A stretch of 63,057 nt of DNA, the filler included, from Octopus bimaculoides (lineage: Eukaryota), in NCBI RefSeq assembly GCF_001194135.2. It is 4 parts of 4 records of this genome, joined end to end, with 100 filler letters (N's around TTAATTAATTAA, not from the genome) between each part and the next. Parts side by side here need not be neighbours in the genome. Positions count along the whole stretch, not along the records: positions 36,962 to 49,156 come from NC_068985.1; positions 49,257 to 63,057 come from NC_068990.1; 2 more parts are not named here. One strand, given 5' to 3'. The notes below the pieces were generated by a model. The model was not told the DNA's origin and did not search any database. It saw only the letters and a program-made list of their open reading frames with translations. Shown here piece by piece: positions 38,375 to 50,552 of this stretch. Every line of letters begins with the position of its first letter. Position 1 is the first letter of the stretch. The translations under genes and the position numbers were made by a program.

Positions 38375-38700
38375 GGAAGCACATGGCCTGGTGGTTGAGC
38401 AGCGGACTCGCGATAGAAGGATTGCGGGTTCGAAACTCACACCGGATGATGCGTGAGTTTATGAGCGAAACATCTAAGCTCCACGCGGCTCCGGCAGAAG
38501 GTAATGGCGAACTTCTGCTGACTCTTTCGCCACAACTTTCTCTTACTTTTCCTCCAACATCGAGCAGCTCACCTGCGACAGACCGGCCTCACCTGCGACG
38601 GACCGGCGTTCCGTCCAGGTGGGGAACCTATACGCCGATGAAGCCAGGAAACGGGCCCTTATGAGCCAGGCATAGCTTGAGAAGGAACAAACAACAACAA
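38375..38700 (+). mobile_element. tRNA-related SINE (D-like head, different body, ACA tail)
   Basis: GGAAGCACATGGCCTGGTGGTTGAGC..GCGGGTTCGAAACTC head; ends in AACAACAACAA. Confidence 0.6.
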
Positions 38701-39067
38701 TAAAGGAATTAGTACATCAGCTAACGTGTGCAAAACATGGTCCAGCAGGAATAAATTTATATGTGGCGCACGAAGCCACGTTGAATGTGGTACAGTCATA
38801 TCTAACATGTTTGTGTGCACCTGGATGTATGCGGATATAGGCTCAGGAGAAGATTCTAATCATAAACATTATGTGTGAAAGAACATTATTGGGTTATGAA
38901 TAACATCCTCCGATAATAATACGTACGTTTCATTGCATTTTCAGCACACTGTCTATATGTTTTTGTACACACACACAGAAACACTTACAAACACAAACAC
39001 ACACACACACAAAAACACATACAAGCACAAACACACACACACACATACACACATACACACACGTATG

Positions 39068-39109
<42 letters not shown>

Positions 39110-39949
39110 NNNNNNNNNNNNNNNNNNNNNNNNNNNNNNNNNNNNNNNNNNNNNNNNNNNNNNNNNNNNNNNNNNNNNNNNNNNNNNNNNNNNNNNNNNN
39201 NNNNNNNNNNNNNNNNNNNNNNNNNNNNNNNNNNNNNNNNNNNNNNNNNNNNNNNNNNNNNNNNNNNNNNNNNNNNNNNNNNNNNNNNNNNNNNNNNNNN
39301 NNNNNNNNNNNNNNNNNNNNNNNNNNNNNNNNNNNNNNNNNNNNNNNNNNNNNNNNNNNNNNNNNNNNNNNNNNNNNNNNNNNNNNNNNNNNNNNNNNNN
39401 NNNNNNNNNNNNNNNNNNNNNNNNNNNNNNNNNNNNNNNNNNNNNNNNNNNNNNNNNNNNNNNNNNNNNNNNNNNNNNNNNNNNNNNNNNNNNNNNNNNN
39501 NNNNNNNNNNNNNNNNNNNNNNNNNNNNNNNNNNNNNNNNNNNNNNNNNNNNNNNNNNNNNNNNNNNNNNNNNNNNNNNNNNNNNNNNACATACAAACAT
39601 ACATACATGCATACATACATAAACATATATCTATAAGAGTGCATATAGATATATACACAAAGAGAATACCTATGGCAGGTGTCCTTGCATGCTAGAAAGG
39701 GTAGTTAAACCCAACCAATTCCTTGCATTCTAGAGCTTCATCGGCGTGCCTTTAGACTTATTTTCGTGGTTGAATTTAACCGCCCTTTCTAGCATTTCTA
39801 GCATTTAAAGACTCCTGCTATAGTTCTTCTACTTGTGTATATACCTATATGCACTCTTATACATGAAAATATGTTGTTTTATAACTTTTATTTAGCATTG
39901 GAACCACTGGTCATAAATTATTGTAATTTCTTACCCTTATGATTTACAG

Positions 39950-39994
<45 letters not shown>

Positions 39995-41018
39995 NNNNNN
40001 NNNNNNNNNNNNNNNNNNNNNNNNTTTTCCAAAGGAATGGAGAATATTCTTTAGTACTTCAGAACTTCTAGTTCTCAGAGTTATTCGTTTCCGATCATCG
40101 GTTGGTAAACTGACCCTGGTTTCCTTTCGAAATATCCACTGCCGGGAGATGGTTTTGAAACATGAAATGAGTTTAAAGAAAACACTTATTCTTTAGTTCT
40201 TCTTTAAAAACAAAAATATGTGAATGACACGACCGAAAACGATTGCTTGAAGCACAGGTTTTTGATTTTGTTTTCTGCTTTCCGTAATAATAAAATTATA
40301 AACATGATAAACTCCTTTAAAAGCAGTCATGAAATTCCCCTGCTGTTTTTAAGCAATGTTCTAAAATAATACTTGTAAGTAATACGTTTAATCAATTTTT
40401 TTTTTAACTACAATGAGTGTGTATTTTGCATGCGGCATTACATAATTCAATGCAGGGCGGCGAGCTGGTAGAAATGTTAGCACGCCGGGCACGACCTTTA
40501 GCGGTATTTCTTCTCTCTTTGCGTTCTGAGTTCAAACCTCGCTGAGCTCAACTTTACCTTTCATCCTTTCGGAGTGGATAAATTAAGTACCAGCTACGTA
40601 CTGGGGTCGAGCTATTCGGCTGCCGCCCACCGCCACCAAAAGACAATTCGGGCCTTGTGCCTAGAGCAGAAAGGATTATATAATACTATGTATATATGCG
40701 TGTGTTTATGCATACATATCCACATATGTACAGACAAATATACACCTATATAGATAGCATTATATATTCATGTACACATTTAGCCAAATGCATACATGCA
40801 CGTATGCACACATAGGCATGCACCCATACATATTAAAATATATATCAATAAATCCTATGAATTATACATTTCCAGACCATTTTTTTTTTTTTTTTCTGAA
40901 CCAGAATAAAATTCAAGAAGGCTTCTGTATGTATAAAAGAGATTTTGTCGGGTGGATACAAGGCGACAGCCGCTGAGTTCTTTTTTACACAATTACTGCC
41001 TTGAATCAAAGGTTTCAA

Positions 41019-41126
41019 TCTTCAGTTCAGACAAAGGTCAAGCTGCATCTTTGATTTGAAGTTCCCATTCTTGTAAGGTTGCCCAAAGGTAGCTTTGAAT
41101 TCTTCAGGTCTTGTCTCACGCATGAA
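41019..41126 (-). CDS. Candidate terminal exon of an unidentified gene
   Basis: Long polypyrimidine tract ending AAATTTATACAG|, then FMRETRPEEFKATFGQPYKNGNFKSKMQLDLCLN*. No upstream partner exon was found. Confidence 0.3.
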
Positions 41127-41507
41127 CTGTATAAATTTCAGAGAAAAAAAAAAAAGAAAAACGAAGTATATTCCTTATCGGGGCTGGTAAATGTTTGAGC
41201 TTGTAAAAATGACTTTCGAATGTGAATTCCTTTGCTTCAGTATATATTTCAGATTCATCGTTGCTGTTTGATTATATCTTGATATTGTATACTATTGACG
41301 GTTCCAGACGATTACCGTCTATTGGACATTTGTCATGAATGCTAAAGCTACACGATGCTTTGCTGCTAACTCCTTGTTGGCTAAGTTGTTTCTATCTGTA
41401 TTCTATTAAGCTTCGCAGCATCAAATGCTTTGATATAGCACACGAAACTATTTCAAGCTGAGTAATTAAACTTTACACGGTTTCTATCCAATACTTTTCT
41501 ATACTAC

Positions 41508-41715
41508 AGCGGCGAGCTGACAGAAACGTTAGCACACCGGGCAAAATGCCTGGCAGTATTTCGTCTGTCTTTACGTTCTGAGTTCAAATTCCGCCGAGGT
41601 CGACTTTGCCTTTCATGCTTTCGGGGTCGTTAAATTAAGTACCAGTTGCGTACTGTGTCAATCTAATCGACTTGTTCCCTCCTCAAAAATTTCGGGCATT
41701 GTGCCTAGAGCAGAA
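41508..41715 (+). mobile_element. Family C SINE, near full length
   Basis: GCGGCGAGCTGACAGAAACGTTAGCAC..GAGTTCAAATTCCGCCGAGGTCGACTTTGCCTTTCAT..GGGCATTGTGCCTAGA. A similar copy lies at about 40455-40670. Confidence 0.85.
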
Positions 41716-43229
41716 AAGAATACCTTTCTATACTTACGCACTAGTAGAAAATGACGATCTGCTAAAACATGAATTTTTTTATAGGTTAAACACAGTGTCA
41801 TACCATAAAATATTCCCTTTTCCCTTCCTATTCTTAGGTTGTACATTCCTAGTACTTTTTATGCATCTAATTTTATCAGAGAGCCCACTGATGATTAGTG
41901 CATCATTATAATTGTTATCCAATTTCCTCCATATGCCATGTGCATTATTCGATAGTCTATGTTCATATACCAACTTCTTCACAGGGTGTGAAACTATCAT
42001 TGTCCAGTTTAAACGTTACGCGAAGAGAATTAAAGATTAGTGCATGCAGTAATATCAATCTCTATTTCCTGAAATACTGTAACAAAATTTTTCATAAATC
42101 TATTTAACTTGTAACCGTTACAATTTCTCGTTAGACACAGGCCGTTGCTTTTGTTCCGTTTTTTTTTTTGTTTTTTTTTTTTCCTTTTCTCATATTTGAT
42201 GAATTAAAACATTTGTGAACAACAGATTGATGTCTGGGACGAATGCTTCGGTGAAAAAATGGAATCCTGGAACACACCATAGTTGATGAATAAGATCGAC
42301 CGGTTTCAGTACCCATCAATATAGCTTAATATGTATTGCATATTGGAGGTATAAGAATGGATATAACCATAATATTCTATAGATCTGAAGAGTTAGCCTT
42401 CTATACGTGTATTAAGCTTGTAAAATGTACAATAATACTATTTAATTTATGACACATATACTAGTGCAAACATAAAATAAGCTATTTTGCTCGAAAATAA
42501 ATTAATTTTCCATCAAAGCAGCTGCGAAATGATCGTAATCTTATGGATATCAACTGGTAAAATAAATATATCCATCTCATACTATTTGAATTCGTTGATA
42601 TATGTTTATATGTATGNNNNNNNNNNNNNNNNNNNNNNNNNNNNNNNNNNNNNNNNNNNNNNNNNNNNNNNNNNNNNNNNNNNNNNNNNNNNNNNNNNNN
42701 NNNNNNNNNNNNNNNNNNNNNNNNNNNNNNNNNNNNNNNNNNNNNNNNNNNNNNNNNNNNNNNNNNNNNNNNNNNNNNNNNNNNNNNNNNNNNNNNNNNN
42801 NNNNNNNNNNNNNNNNNNNNNNNNNNNNNNNNNNNNNNNNNNNNNNNNNNNNNNNNNNNNNNNNNNNNNNNNNNNNNNNNNNNNNNNNNNNNNNNNNNNN
42901 NNNNNNNNNNNNNNNNNNNNNNNNNNNNNNNNNNNNNNNNNNNNNNNNNNNNNNNNNNNNNNNNNNNNNNNNNNNNNNNNNNNNNNNNNNNNNNNNNNNN
43001 NNNNNNNNNNNNNNNNNNNNNNNNNNNNNNNNNNNNNNNNNNNNNNNNNNNNNNNNNNNNNNNNNNNNNNNNNNNNNNNNNNNNNNNNNNNNNNNNNNNN
43101 NNNNNNNNNNNNNNNNNNNNNNNNNNNNNNNNNNNNNNNNNNNNNNNNNNNNNNNNNNNNNGATTCCTAATGTGCATATATATATATGCGAGTGTGTGTG
43201 AGTGCGTGCGTGCGCTGAAATGTTTATAC

Positions 43230-43753
43230 GCTGATCAATGTACTCTATGTATTGTGATTATCTCTTTGACTCAAAATGATGACACCAATGCTCGTATTGA
43301 CTATTTGATTAACACTCAATCTCCTCTCATCGATCACCGCATGGTGAACGTGATCAATGTTTTCCTCGCTGGTGGAAGTTGCAGGACGTTCAAGCATCGT
43401 GTCATCTTCAAGATTTTCTATTCCCCTCCTAAATGCAGTTGCCAACATTTGCAATGTTGATAAAGCTGGAGCATCATCTGCTGATGTGGCAACAATGTAT
43501 GCATAATGTCCTTCAGGGCTAAACCCTTTTTCTGCAGAGGCTTCATAACAACACGATGTCAAATTTTGTCCATTTTTAAGAGAAGTCGCAACTAGTTACG
43601 TTTGAAATCTTTTTGAGCAGTCAGATGTCAATTTATCTGGAAAGATACAATGCAGTTCTTATAAGAAAAGCTGAAATTAATACATACACGATCTCACAGA
43701 ATTAACATCATTTCTTCATAGTCAGCCTATGACGTTTTCAAACTTTCCTCGTA
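43230..43753 (-). mobile_element. Mariner-family DNA transposon, 5' end with decayed transposase N-terminus
   Basis: TIR-like TACGAGGAAAGTTTGAAAACGTCATAGGCTGAC at 43753-43721. ATG at 43573: MDKI*HRVVMKPLQKKGL..DDAPALSTLQMLATAFRRGIENLEDD..ERPATSTSEENIDHVHHAVIDERRLSVNQI (mariner HTH region). Confidence 0.85.
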
Positions 43754-43769
43754 CGTAGGTAGATAGATT

Positions 43770-43823
<54 letters not shown>

Positions 43824-44037
43824 AAAGTAGGTAGGTAGATAGGTAGGTAGGCAGCTGTGTGGGTAGGTACTTAGAGAGATAGATAGATAGATAGATAGCG
43901 ACATAGGCAGGTAGATAGATACATACGTACATACATACATATATACACATACATGCATAGACAGGTAGACAGACAGTTAGCTAGTTAGATGGATAGATAG
44001 ATAGAGAGAGAGAGAGAGAGATAGATAGATGGATAGA

Positions 44038-44076
<39 letters not shown>

Positions 44077-44122
44077 GCAGGCAGGTAGACAGACAGACAG
44101 ACAGACAGACAGATAGGCAGGC

Positions 44123-44201
<79 letters not shown>

Positions 44202-44205
44202 TTTA
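43754..44205. repeat. Compound tetranucleotide microsatellite (AGAT/AGAC/AGGT/ACAT)
   Basis: Directly visible. Confidence 0.95.
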
Positions 44206-44232
44206 TCCATATAGTCGCACACACTATTACAC

Positions 44233-45504
44233 CAATTCTCCTTCAGACTTACCCGAAAAGTAAGGTTGCAATTTAATTAATAATACAGCTATCAATGAAT
44301 TGAGTAATTTAATTTAAGAAGCAAATAATTGTCTATCGTCCATGCGATTTTGTCTTTAAACGTGCCATTTATATATGTATGGGTATGCTTTCAAGTCTGT
44401 GTGTATATACCTGTATGGGTATGTTTCTCAAGTACATTTCAAAGTAATGCAAGAATGTCGTTCTTTATTAGACTTCGAATGAAGGCATGTTTGTTGGTGG
44501 TGTTGTTTATTCCCATGCTAGCACTAATCAAACGTATCTAACATCAAAGAGCTTTGAATGTTTCACAAACACGTTCGTTCTCCAGTTTAAGTTGTACATC
44601 TACTTATTNNNNNNNNNNNNNNNNNNNNNNNNNNNNNNNNNNNNNNNNNNNNNNNNNNNNNNNNNNNNNNNNNNNNNNNNNNNNNNNNNNNNNNNNNNNN
44701 NNNNNNNNNNNNNNNNNNNNNNNNNNNNNNNNNNNNNNNNNNNNNNNNNNNNNNNNNNNNNNNNNNNNNNNNNNNNNNNNNNNNNNNNNNNNNNNNNNNN
44801 NNNNNNNNNNNNNNNNNNNNNNNNNNNNNNNNNNNNNNNNNNNNNNNNNNNNNNNNNNNNNNNNNNNNNNNNNNNNNNNNNNNNNNNNNNNNNNNNNNNN
44901 NNNNNNNNNNNNNNNNNNNNNNNNNNNNNNNNNNNNNNNNNNNNNNNNNNNNNNNNNNNNNNNNNNNNNNNNNNNNNNNNNNNNNNNNNNNNNNNNNNNN
45001 NNNNNNNNNNNNNNNNNNNNNNNNNNNNNNNNNNNNNNNNNNNNNNNNNNNNNNNNNNNNNNNNNNNNTATATCTGTGTGTGTGTGTGTATGTGTGTGTG
45101 TGTGTGTGTGTGTGCGTCGTTTTAATAGATTTAATATGTAGCCGTACAACTTAAACTAGAGAGCGTGTTTGTGAAACATTCAAAGCTCTTTGATGTTAGA
45201 TACGTTTGATTAGTGCTAGCATGGGAATAACTAACACCAACAACAAACATGCCTTCATTCGAAGTCTAATAAAGAACGACATTCTTGCATTACTTTGAAA
45301 TGTACTTGAGAAACATACCCATACAGGTATATAAACACAGACTTGATAGCATACCCATGCATATATAAATGACACGTTTAAAGACAAAGTCACATGGACG
45401 ATGGACAATCATTTGCTTCTTAAATTACATTACTCATTTCATTAATAACTCTATTACTAGTTAACCTGCAAGTGTACTTTTCGGGTAAGTCTGAAGGAAA
45501 ATTG
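44233..45504. mobile_element. Long-TIR foldback element (~365-bp inverted arms around a gap)
   Basis: 44233-44598 and 45144-45504 are diverged inverted repeats; the ORF track shows near-identical 70-aa ORFs on opposite strands (44329+ and 45196-). Confidence 0.75.
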
Positions 45505-46378
45505 CTGCGACGGTCAGACGGTACCCGATGACAGATGCGATGTATGCGTTCGCCACCTCCGCCCTACCTTTTAGGGATACCTTCCTCTCGGTCCATTACT
45601 GGGCGAGAGTGGCCACCCTAGTCCTTATTTCGCCCCAGTTCTTCTCCATTTGAAGGTCCGGACCGAATCAGACTCCGAGCAATTTAACCGGTCCGTTGAT
45701 CCAGCGACCCACGATGGAGACGTTATTGGGCGGCATGGGCTTGCTTCTCCAGGTGCCGAGCCGCAAGCTCACTGACTTTTCCCGGTTAATTTTGCTCCTG
45801 TTACTGCTTCGTATTCTTTTAGTGTCTCGCCGACCAGGTCGATGTACTTGTGGCTCGACACTATGACGGAGACGTCATCCGCTTATGCAGACACGCTCCT
45901 TCCGTATCCTACCTCTGATTGGATACCCCTCAGCGTCGCCAGTTTCCGCAGTAGTGACTGAAGAGTCACTACATACATAGCGACGAGAGGGGCCATCCTT
46001 AACGAACCGAACACATGATGTTAAATGGTCTGGATAGATGACCATTTACGCGAACTACCGAGCGGATGCTGCTGTATAAGGAAGATGGGACCGAAACCAG
46101 CCGCTTTAAGGACAGCCACCAAGTAGTGATAGTCTTCCCTATCGAAAGCTCAGCGCCCCACCCATGTCAGGATCCTTAACTACCCTGTCTATGACGTAAT
46201 GCATCAGATGGAGGTTGTCATCGATACTCCTACCCGGCACGGCGTACGTTTGCGCATTGTCAACTAGTTTCTCGATGACAAGTGCCAACCACTCGGCCTT
46301 GCACCTTGGTCAAAATTTTCAGATCTGTGCTGAGCAGATCCCCTTGTTTGGATCTTTCTTTAGCAGTGCTACTGCTCC

Positions 46379-46380
<2 letters not shown>
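45505..46380 (-). mobile_element. Tx1/L1-clade LINE reverse transcriptase fragment
   Basis: GAVALLKKDPNKGDLLSTDLKIL..YSSIRSVVRVNGHLSRPFNI..SA*ADDVSVIV (YADD mutated)..EYEAVTGAKINREKS..VKLLGVWFGP..WTERKVSLKGRAEVANAYIASVIGYRL. Confidence 0.9.
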
Positions 46381-46420
<40 letters not shown>

Positions 46421-46699
46421 GTGTACATACATTTACACACATATCTATATATGTATATATAATGGGAACACTTATGTGTGTAAGTGTACTATCGGCTTCG
46501 ACCTTTCATATGAACCTTTCATTTGAACATATGTACAGAGAGGCACATAGCGATTCTTGTACAAACCTGAAACAAGCAGACGTGTATATGAACTAGTAAT
46601 GGGCTCGACTATTCGTCAGTTGACATTCTACTGTTTAATATCGGTTTGTCATATTGACTACCGTTTTCCTATATATATGTTATATATACATATATATTA

Positions 46700-46749
<50 letters not shown>

Positions 46750-46757
<8 letters not shown>

Positions 46758-46874
46758 GTTCAAAAAGTCTCTCCGCAGTAAGTATTTAATGGTTTCCAGG
46801 CGATTCTTGTACACGGATCCTTTACTTGCTCCCCAGAAAAAGAAAATGTCTGGAGGTGTTAAATCAGGTGATCT
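46750..46874 (-). mobile_element. Tc1/mariner (Tc3/DD37D-like) 3' remnant with TIR
   Basis: RSPDLTPPDIFFFWGASKGSVYKNRLETI (WPPRSPDL-type motif), followed by the TIR-like ACTTTTTGAACACCCTATA. Confidence 0.7.
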
Positions 46875-47731
46875 TGTATGTATGTATGTATGTATGTATG
46901 TATGTATTGTCTTTGTGTCTGTGTCTGTCGTCCTTTACCTTCGCTTGACAAACAATGTTGATGGGCTTACGTCCCCGTAACATAGCGGTTCGGCACAACA
47001 CACCGATAGAATAAGTACCAAGCTAACAAAGAATAAGTTCAGGGGTCGATTTCTTCGATTTGAAAGGCGGTGCTCCGGCATGGCCGCAATCAAACAACTG
47101 AAAGAGTTAATTGGATAAAGAATGCATATATACCCCCCCCCACACACACACACATATATATATATATACATAAATATGCGAATGGTTTTGCTACATATAC
47201 ATATATATGTATATACATACACACACACATATATATGTGTGTGTGTGTGTGTGTGTGTCTGAGTCTGTGTGTCTGTGTGTGTCTATGCGTGTGTGTGTCT
47301 GTGTGTGTGTGTGTGTGTGTGTGTCTGTGTGCCTGTGTTTATGTATGTATGTATGTATGTTAGCTTTTTGTAACTCCCTTTGGTGTCAATAGATAAGCGA
47401 CCTGTTGGTCGATGAACTACGCGACCTTCTCGCTAAATTTCGGTAACTCAGTGTGAAAGGTTTATCTTCAAATTACAAGCATAATCAATCCGATGTGCTT
47501 TAACAGTATCCGTTATTTCAATATTCACTCGATTTAAGCCAACTCGTGGCTGCATTAAAGAGACTCTCCATAGAGAGTCCGTGAAGCGGAATCGCATTAA
47601 TGTACACAGGACAGCGAGGCGAACTTCACTCTCTCTCTCACTCTTTCTCTTTCTCATTCTATTCTCACTCTCTCTCTCTCTCACTCACCCTCCCTGTTCC
47701 CTTCTGTCCTACCGCTTTGTAAGTATATATG

Positions 47732-47771
<40 letters not shown>

Positions 47772-48051
47772 CGTATGTAATATGCTTTATCTATACGTAT
47801 GTATGTATATACATACATATAAGAGGGATGACATATAAGAGGTGGGCATCCAATATGCTAAATGTAGACCTCATATGGTCTGACCACTTAGATATGTAAC
47901 ATAATTTTTCTGAATCCTCAGATTTTTTCAATATGCTAGGCCACTGGTTTAAATTGATACTAATCAAATTAATATTAATTTTTTACTCTTATGATTTAAA
48001 TTTATATATGTATATATGTATGTATATGTACACACGTACATATATGTATGG

Positions 48052-48330
48052 AAGGCGCATGGCTCAGTGGTTATAGCGTCGGTCTCACAATTATGAGGTA
48101 GTAGGGTTGATTCCCGGTCTGGTCGGTGATTTTGAGGAAGACACTTTATTTCTCTCTGCTCCCGTTCACTCAGCTAATGAGTAGCGATGCCATTGATGCC
48201 AAAGCTGTATCGGCGCCTACCTTTCCCTCTCATAACATCGGTGGTGTGGTATGCATGGGCAACTACTGGTCTTCCACAAACTTTGCCCGGACTGGTGCCT
48301 TGCAGGGGAACTTTCTAATTACAACGCCTT
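48052..48330 (+). mobile_element. tRNA-related SINE, family D
   Basis: GGCGCATGGCTCAGTGGTTATAGCG..GGTTGATTCCCGG head; homologous to 31845-32150. Confidence 0.75.
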
Positions 48331-48489
48331 GGACATTTATAACCGAAAGGAGTCTATACTCTCTATATTACTAATAATAATAATGTGACAACAAAACAAT
48401 GAATGAGACTTCGATATTATGTAAATAGAGGAATTTATCTCTAAATATAATATAGGACAATCAGTCAGTTGTCATAATAAAACTCAGAG

Positions 48490-48800
48490 TATCGAATGTC
48501 GGTTCTGAAGCCTGCTCCGACATCTCATCAGTTATTAAGATATAGCGTGTTTGTCTTGATAACTGCATCGGTCGTCAAGCGATGTTGGGGAGGGGGGGAC
48601 AAACACAGACACACATACATACTTATATATACATATATACGACGGGATTCTTTCAGTTTCCGTCTACCAAATCCACTCACAAGGCTTTGGTCGGCCCGAG
48701 GCTATAGTAGAAGACACTTGCCCAAGGTGCCACGCAGTGGGACTGAATCCAGAACCATGTGGTTGGTAAGCAAGCTACTTACCACGCAGTCACTCCTACT
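48490..48800 (-). mobile_element. Bipartite SINE (A+B), CpG-intact
   Basis: TTTCAGTTTCCGTCTACCAAATCCACTCACAAGGCTTTGGTCGGCCCGAGGCTATAGTAGAAGACACTTGCCCAAGGTGCCACGCAG. Confidence 0.85.
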
Positions 48801-49156
48801 CCTATATATATTCAAGGTTGAATATGGTACTTATGTGTAGGCACCCAAATATCGTATCCCAAAAGGGTAGGTGATCAAAATCAAAAAATATGCAACACGG
48901 ATTTCAAAGGTGATTGCAGTACGCACTTTTCATGCTACTCCAATTTATTTAAGTAATGCGAGCATTACATTAAATGCAATATGAAGAGCAATCTTCAGCT
49001 GCATGAAAATGCAGAAAATTACTGTAGAAAAGACATATTATAAATGTGGCAACATTTCAAATCCAAGTGGGAGAGAGAATACATAAAAATTCAAATGTGA
49101 GGAAGAATACATAAGTCCATCTTGACATAGCCGAGTCCATATACACACATATATAT

Positions 49157-49256
49157 NNNNNNNNNNNNNNNNNNNNNNNNNNNNNNNNNNNNNNNNNNNN
49201 TTAATTAATTAANNNNNNNNNNNNNNNNNNNNNNNNNNNNNNNNNNNNNNNNNNNN
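49157..49256. other. Artificial scaffold linker (44 N + TTAATTAATTAA + 44 N)
   Basis: Same 100-bp structure as at 28963. Confidence 0.95.
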
Positions 49257-50420
49257 TTTTTTGAATACTCAGAGAAAAAGGAAAAGAAAGGAGTAGGAAG
49301 GTAAAATTGTAACAGAAAATTCTAGTTATTACGGTTTTAAAATTTACTGGAAATGATCTTTTATTTGTCCGAACAGAGAAAACTGTTGTGTTCTCGGAAT
49401 AAAGAGGATGTTTACGTTTTTGAATACCCAGGGAGAAAGGAAAAGAAAGGAGTAGCAAGGTAAAATTGTAACAGAAAATTCTAGTTATTACGGTTTTAAA
49501 ATTTACTGGAAATGATCATTTATTTGTCCGAACAGAGAAAACTGTTGTGTTCTCGGAATAAAGAGGATGTTTACGTTTTTGAATACTCAGGGAGAAAGGA
49601 AAGGATAGGTATTCAGAGAAGTTGTAGATATTAAAGCTTTTTTATAAAGCTCATCGTTTGTGTATTCGAAATCTGTAGGTATGCAAGTTTCGTAACATGT
49701 TTTGAGGGAGATTTAAAATATTCACAGGAAAGTTTAGATATTCCAGTCTTTGGGAATGGCAGGAGGAAGAGATGTTCATGTTCAATTTTTGAATTCTTTT
49801 TCTTTTGGCATTTTTCTTTTCTTTTCGAAAAGTTTTGCTGTGGTTTACAGTTTTTGTAGTTGTGCTGTATGTATATATTAGCAGGTGCTTACCTCCTTAA
49901 TTTCTTTATTCGTGCATTTACTTGTGTTGTTACAATAAACGGCAAGTTTACATATTCGGCAGGGAGAAAGGAAAGGTAAAATGTTCACACAAAATTGGAG
50001 ATACTAAAGTTTCTAAATTATTTTTAGATGCTCATTGGTATGTCCGTTCAGAGAAGACTGTAGTGTTTTTGCAATAAAAAAGGATGTTTACATTTGCGAA
50101 TACTCAGGGAGTAAAGGAAAGGAAAAGAGAAGGGAGGTAAGATTTTAACAGAAAATTGTAGATATTAAGGTTTTTAAATTTACTGGAGATGATATTTTGT
50201 CTGTCCGAACAGAGAAAGCTGTTGTGTTCTTGGAATAAAGAGGGTGTTTACATTTTCGAATACTCAGGGAGGGAGGAAAGGATAGGTATTCACAGAGGTT
50301 GTAGATATTAAAGGTTTTAAAGCTGATCATTTATGTGTTCGAAAGCTGTAGATATCTAAGTTTCTTAACTTATTTTGAGGGAAATTCGAAATACTCACAA
50401 GAAATTGTAGATATTCCAGT
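49257..50420. repeat. ~159-bp satellite-like tandem array
   Basis: GAATAC(T/C)CAG-initiated units at 49263, 49422 and 49581 (159-bp spacing), with diverged units near 49955, 50098 and 50259. Confidence 0.85.
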
Positions 50421-50422
50421 CT

Positions 50423-50511
50423 TATTATTATTATAGTAGTAGTAGTAGTAGTAGTAGTTGTTGTTGTTGTTGTTGTTGTTGTTATTGTTGTTGTTGTTGT
50501 TATTATTATTA

Positions 50512-50550
<39 letters not shown>
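50423..50550. repeat. Compound trinucleotide microsatellite (TTA/TAG/TTG)
   Basis: Directly visible. Confidence 0.95.

Positions 50551-50552
<2 letters not shown>

Noticed and set aside
4627-48800. tRNA genes
   Set aside because: The A/B-box-like heads belong to SINEs and continue into SINE bodies; no complete cloverleaf was seen.
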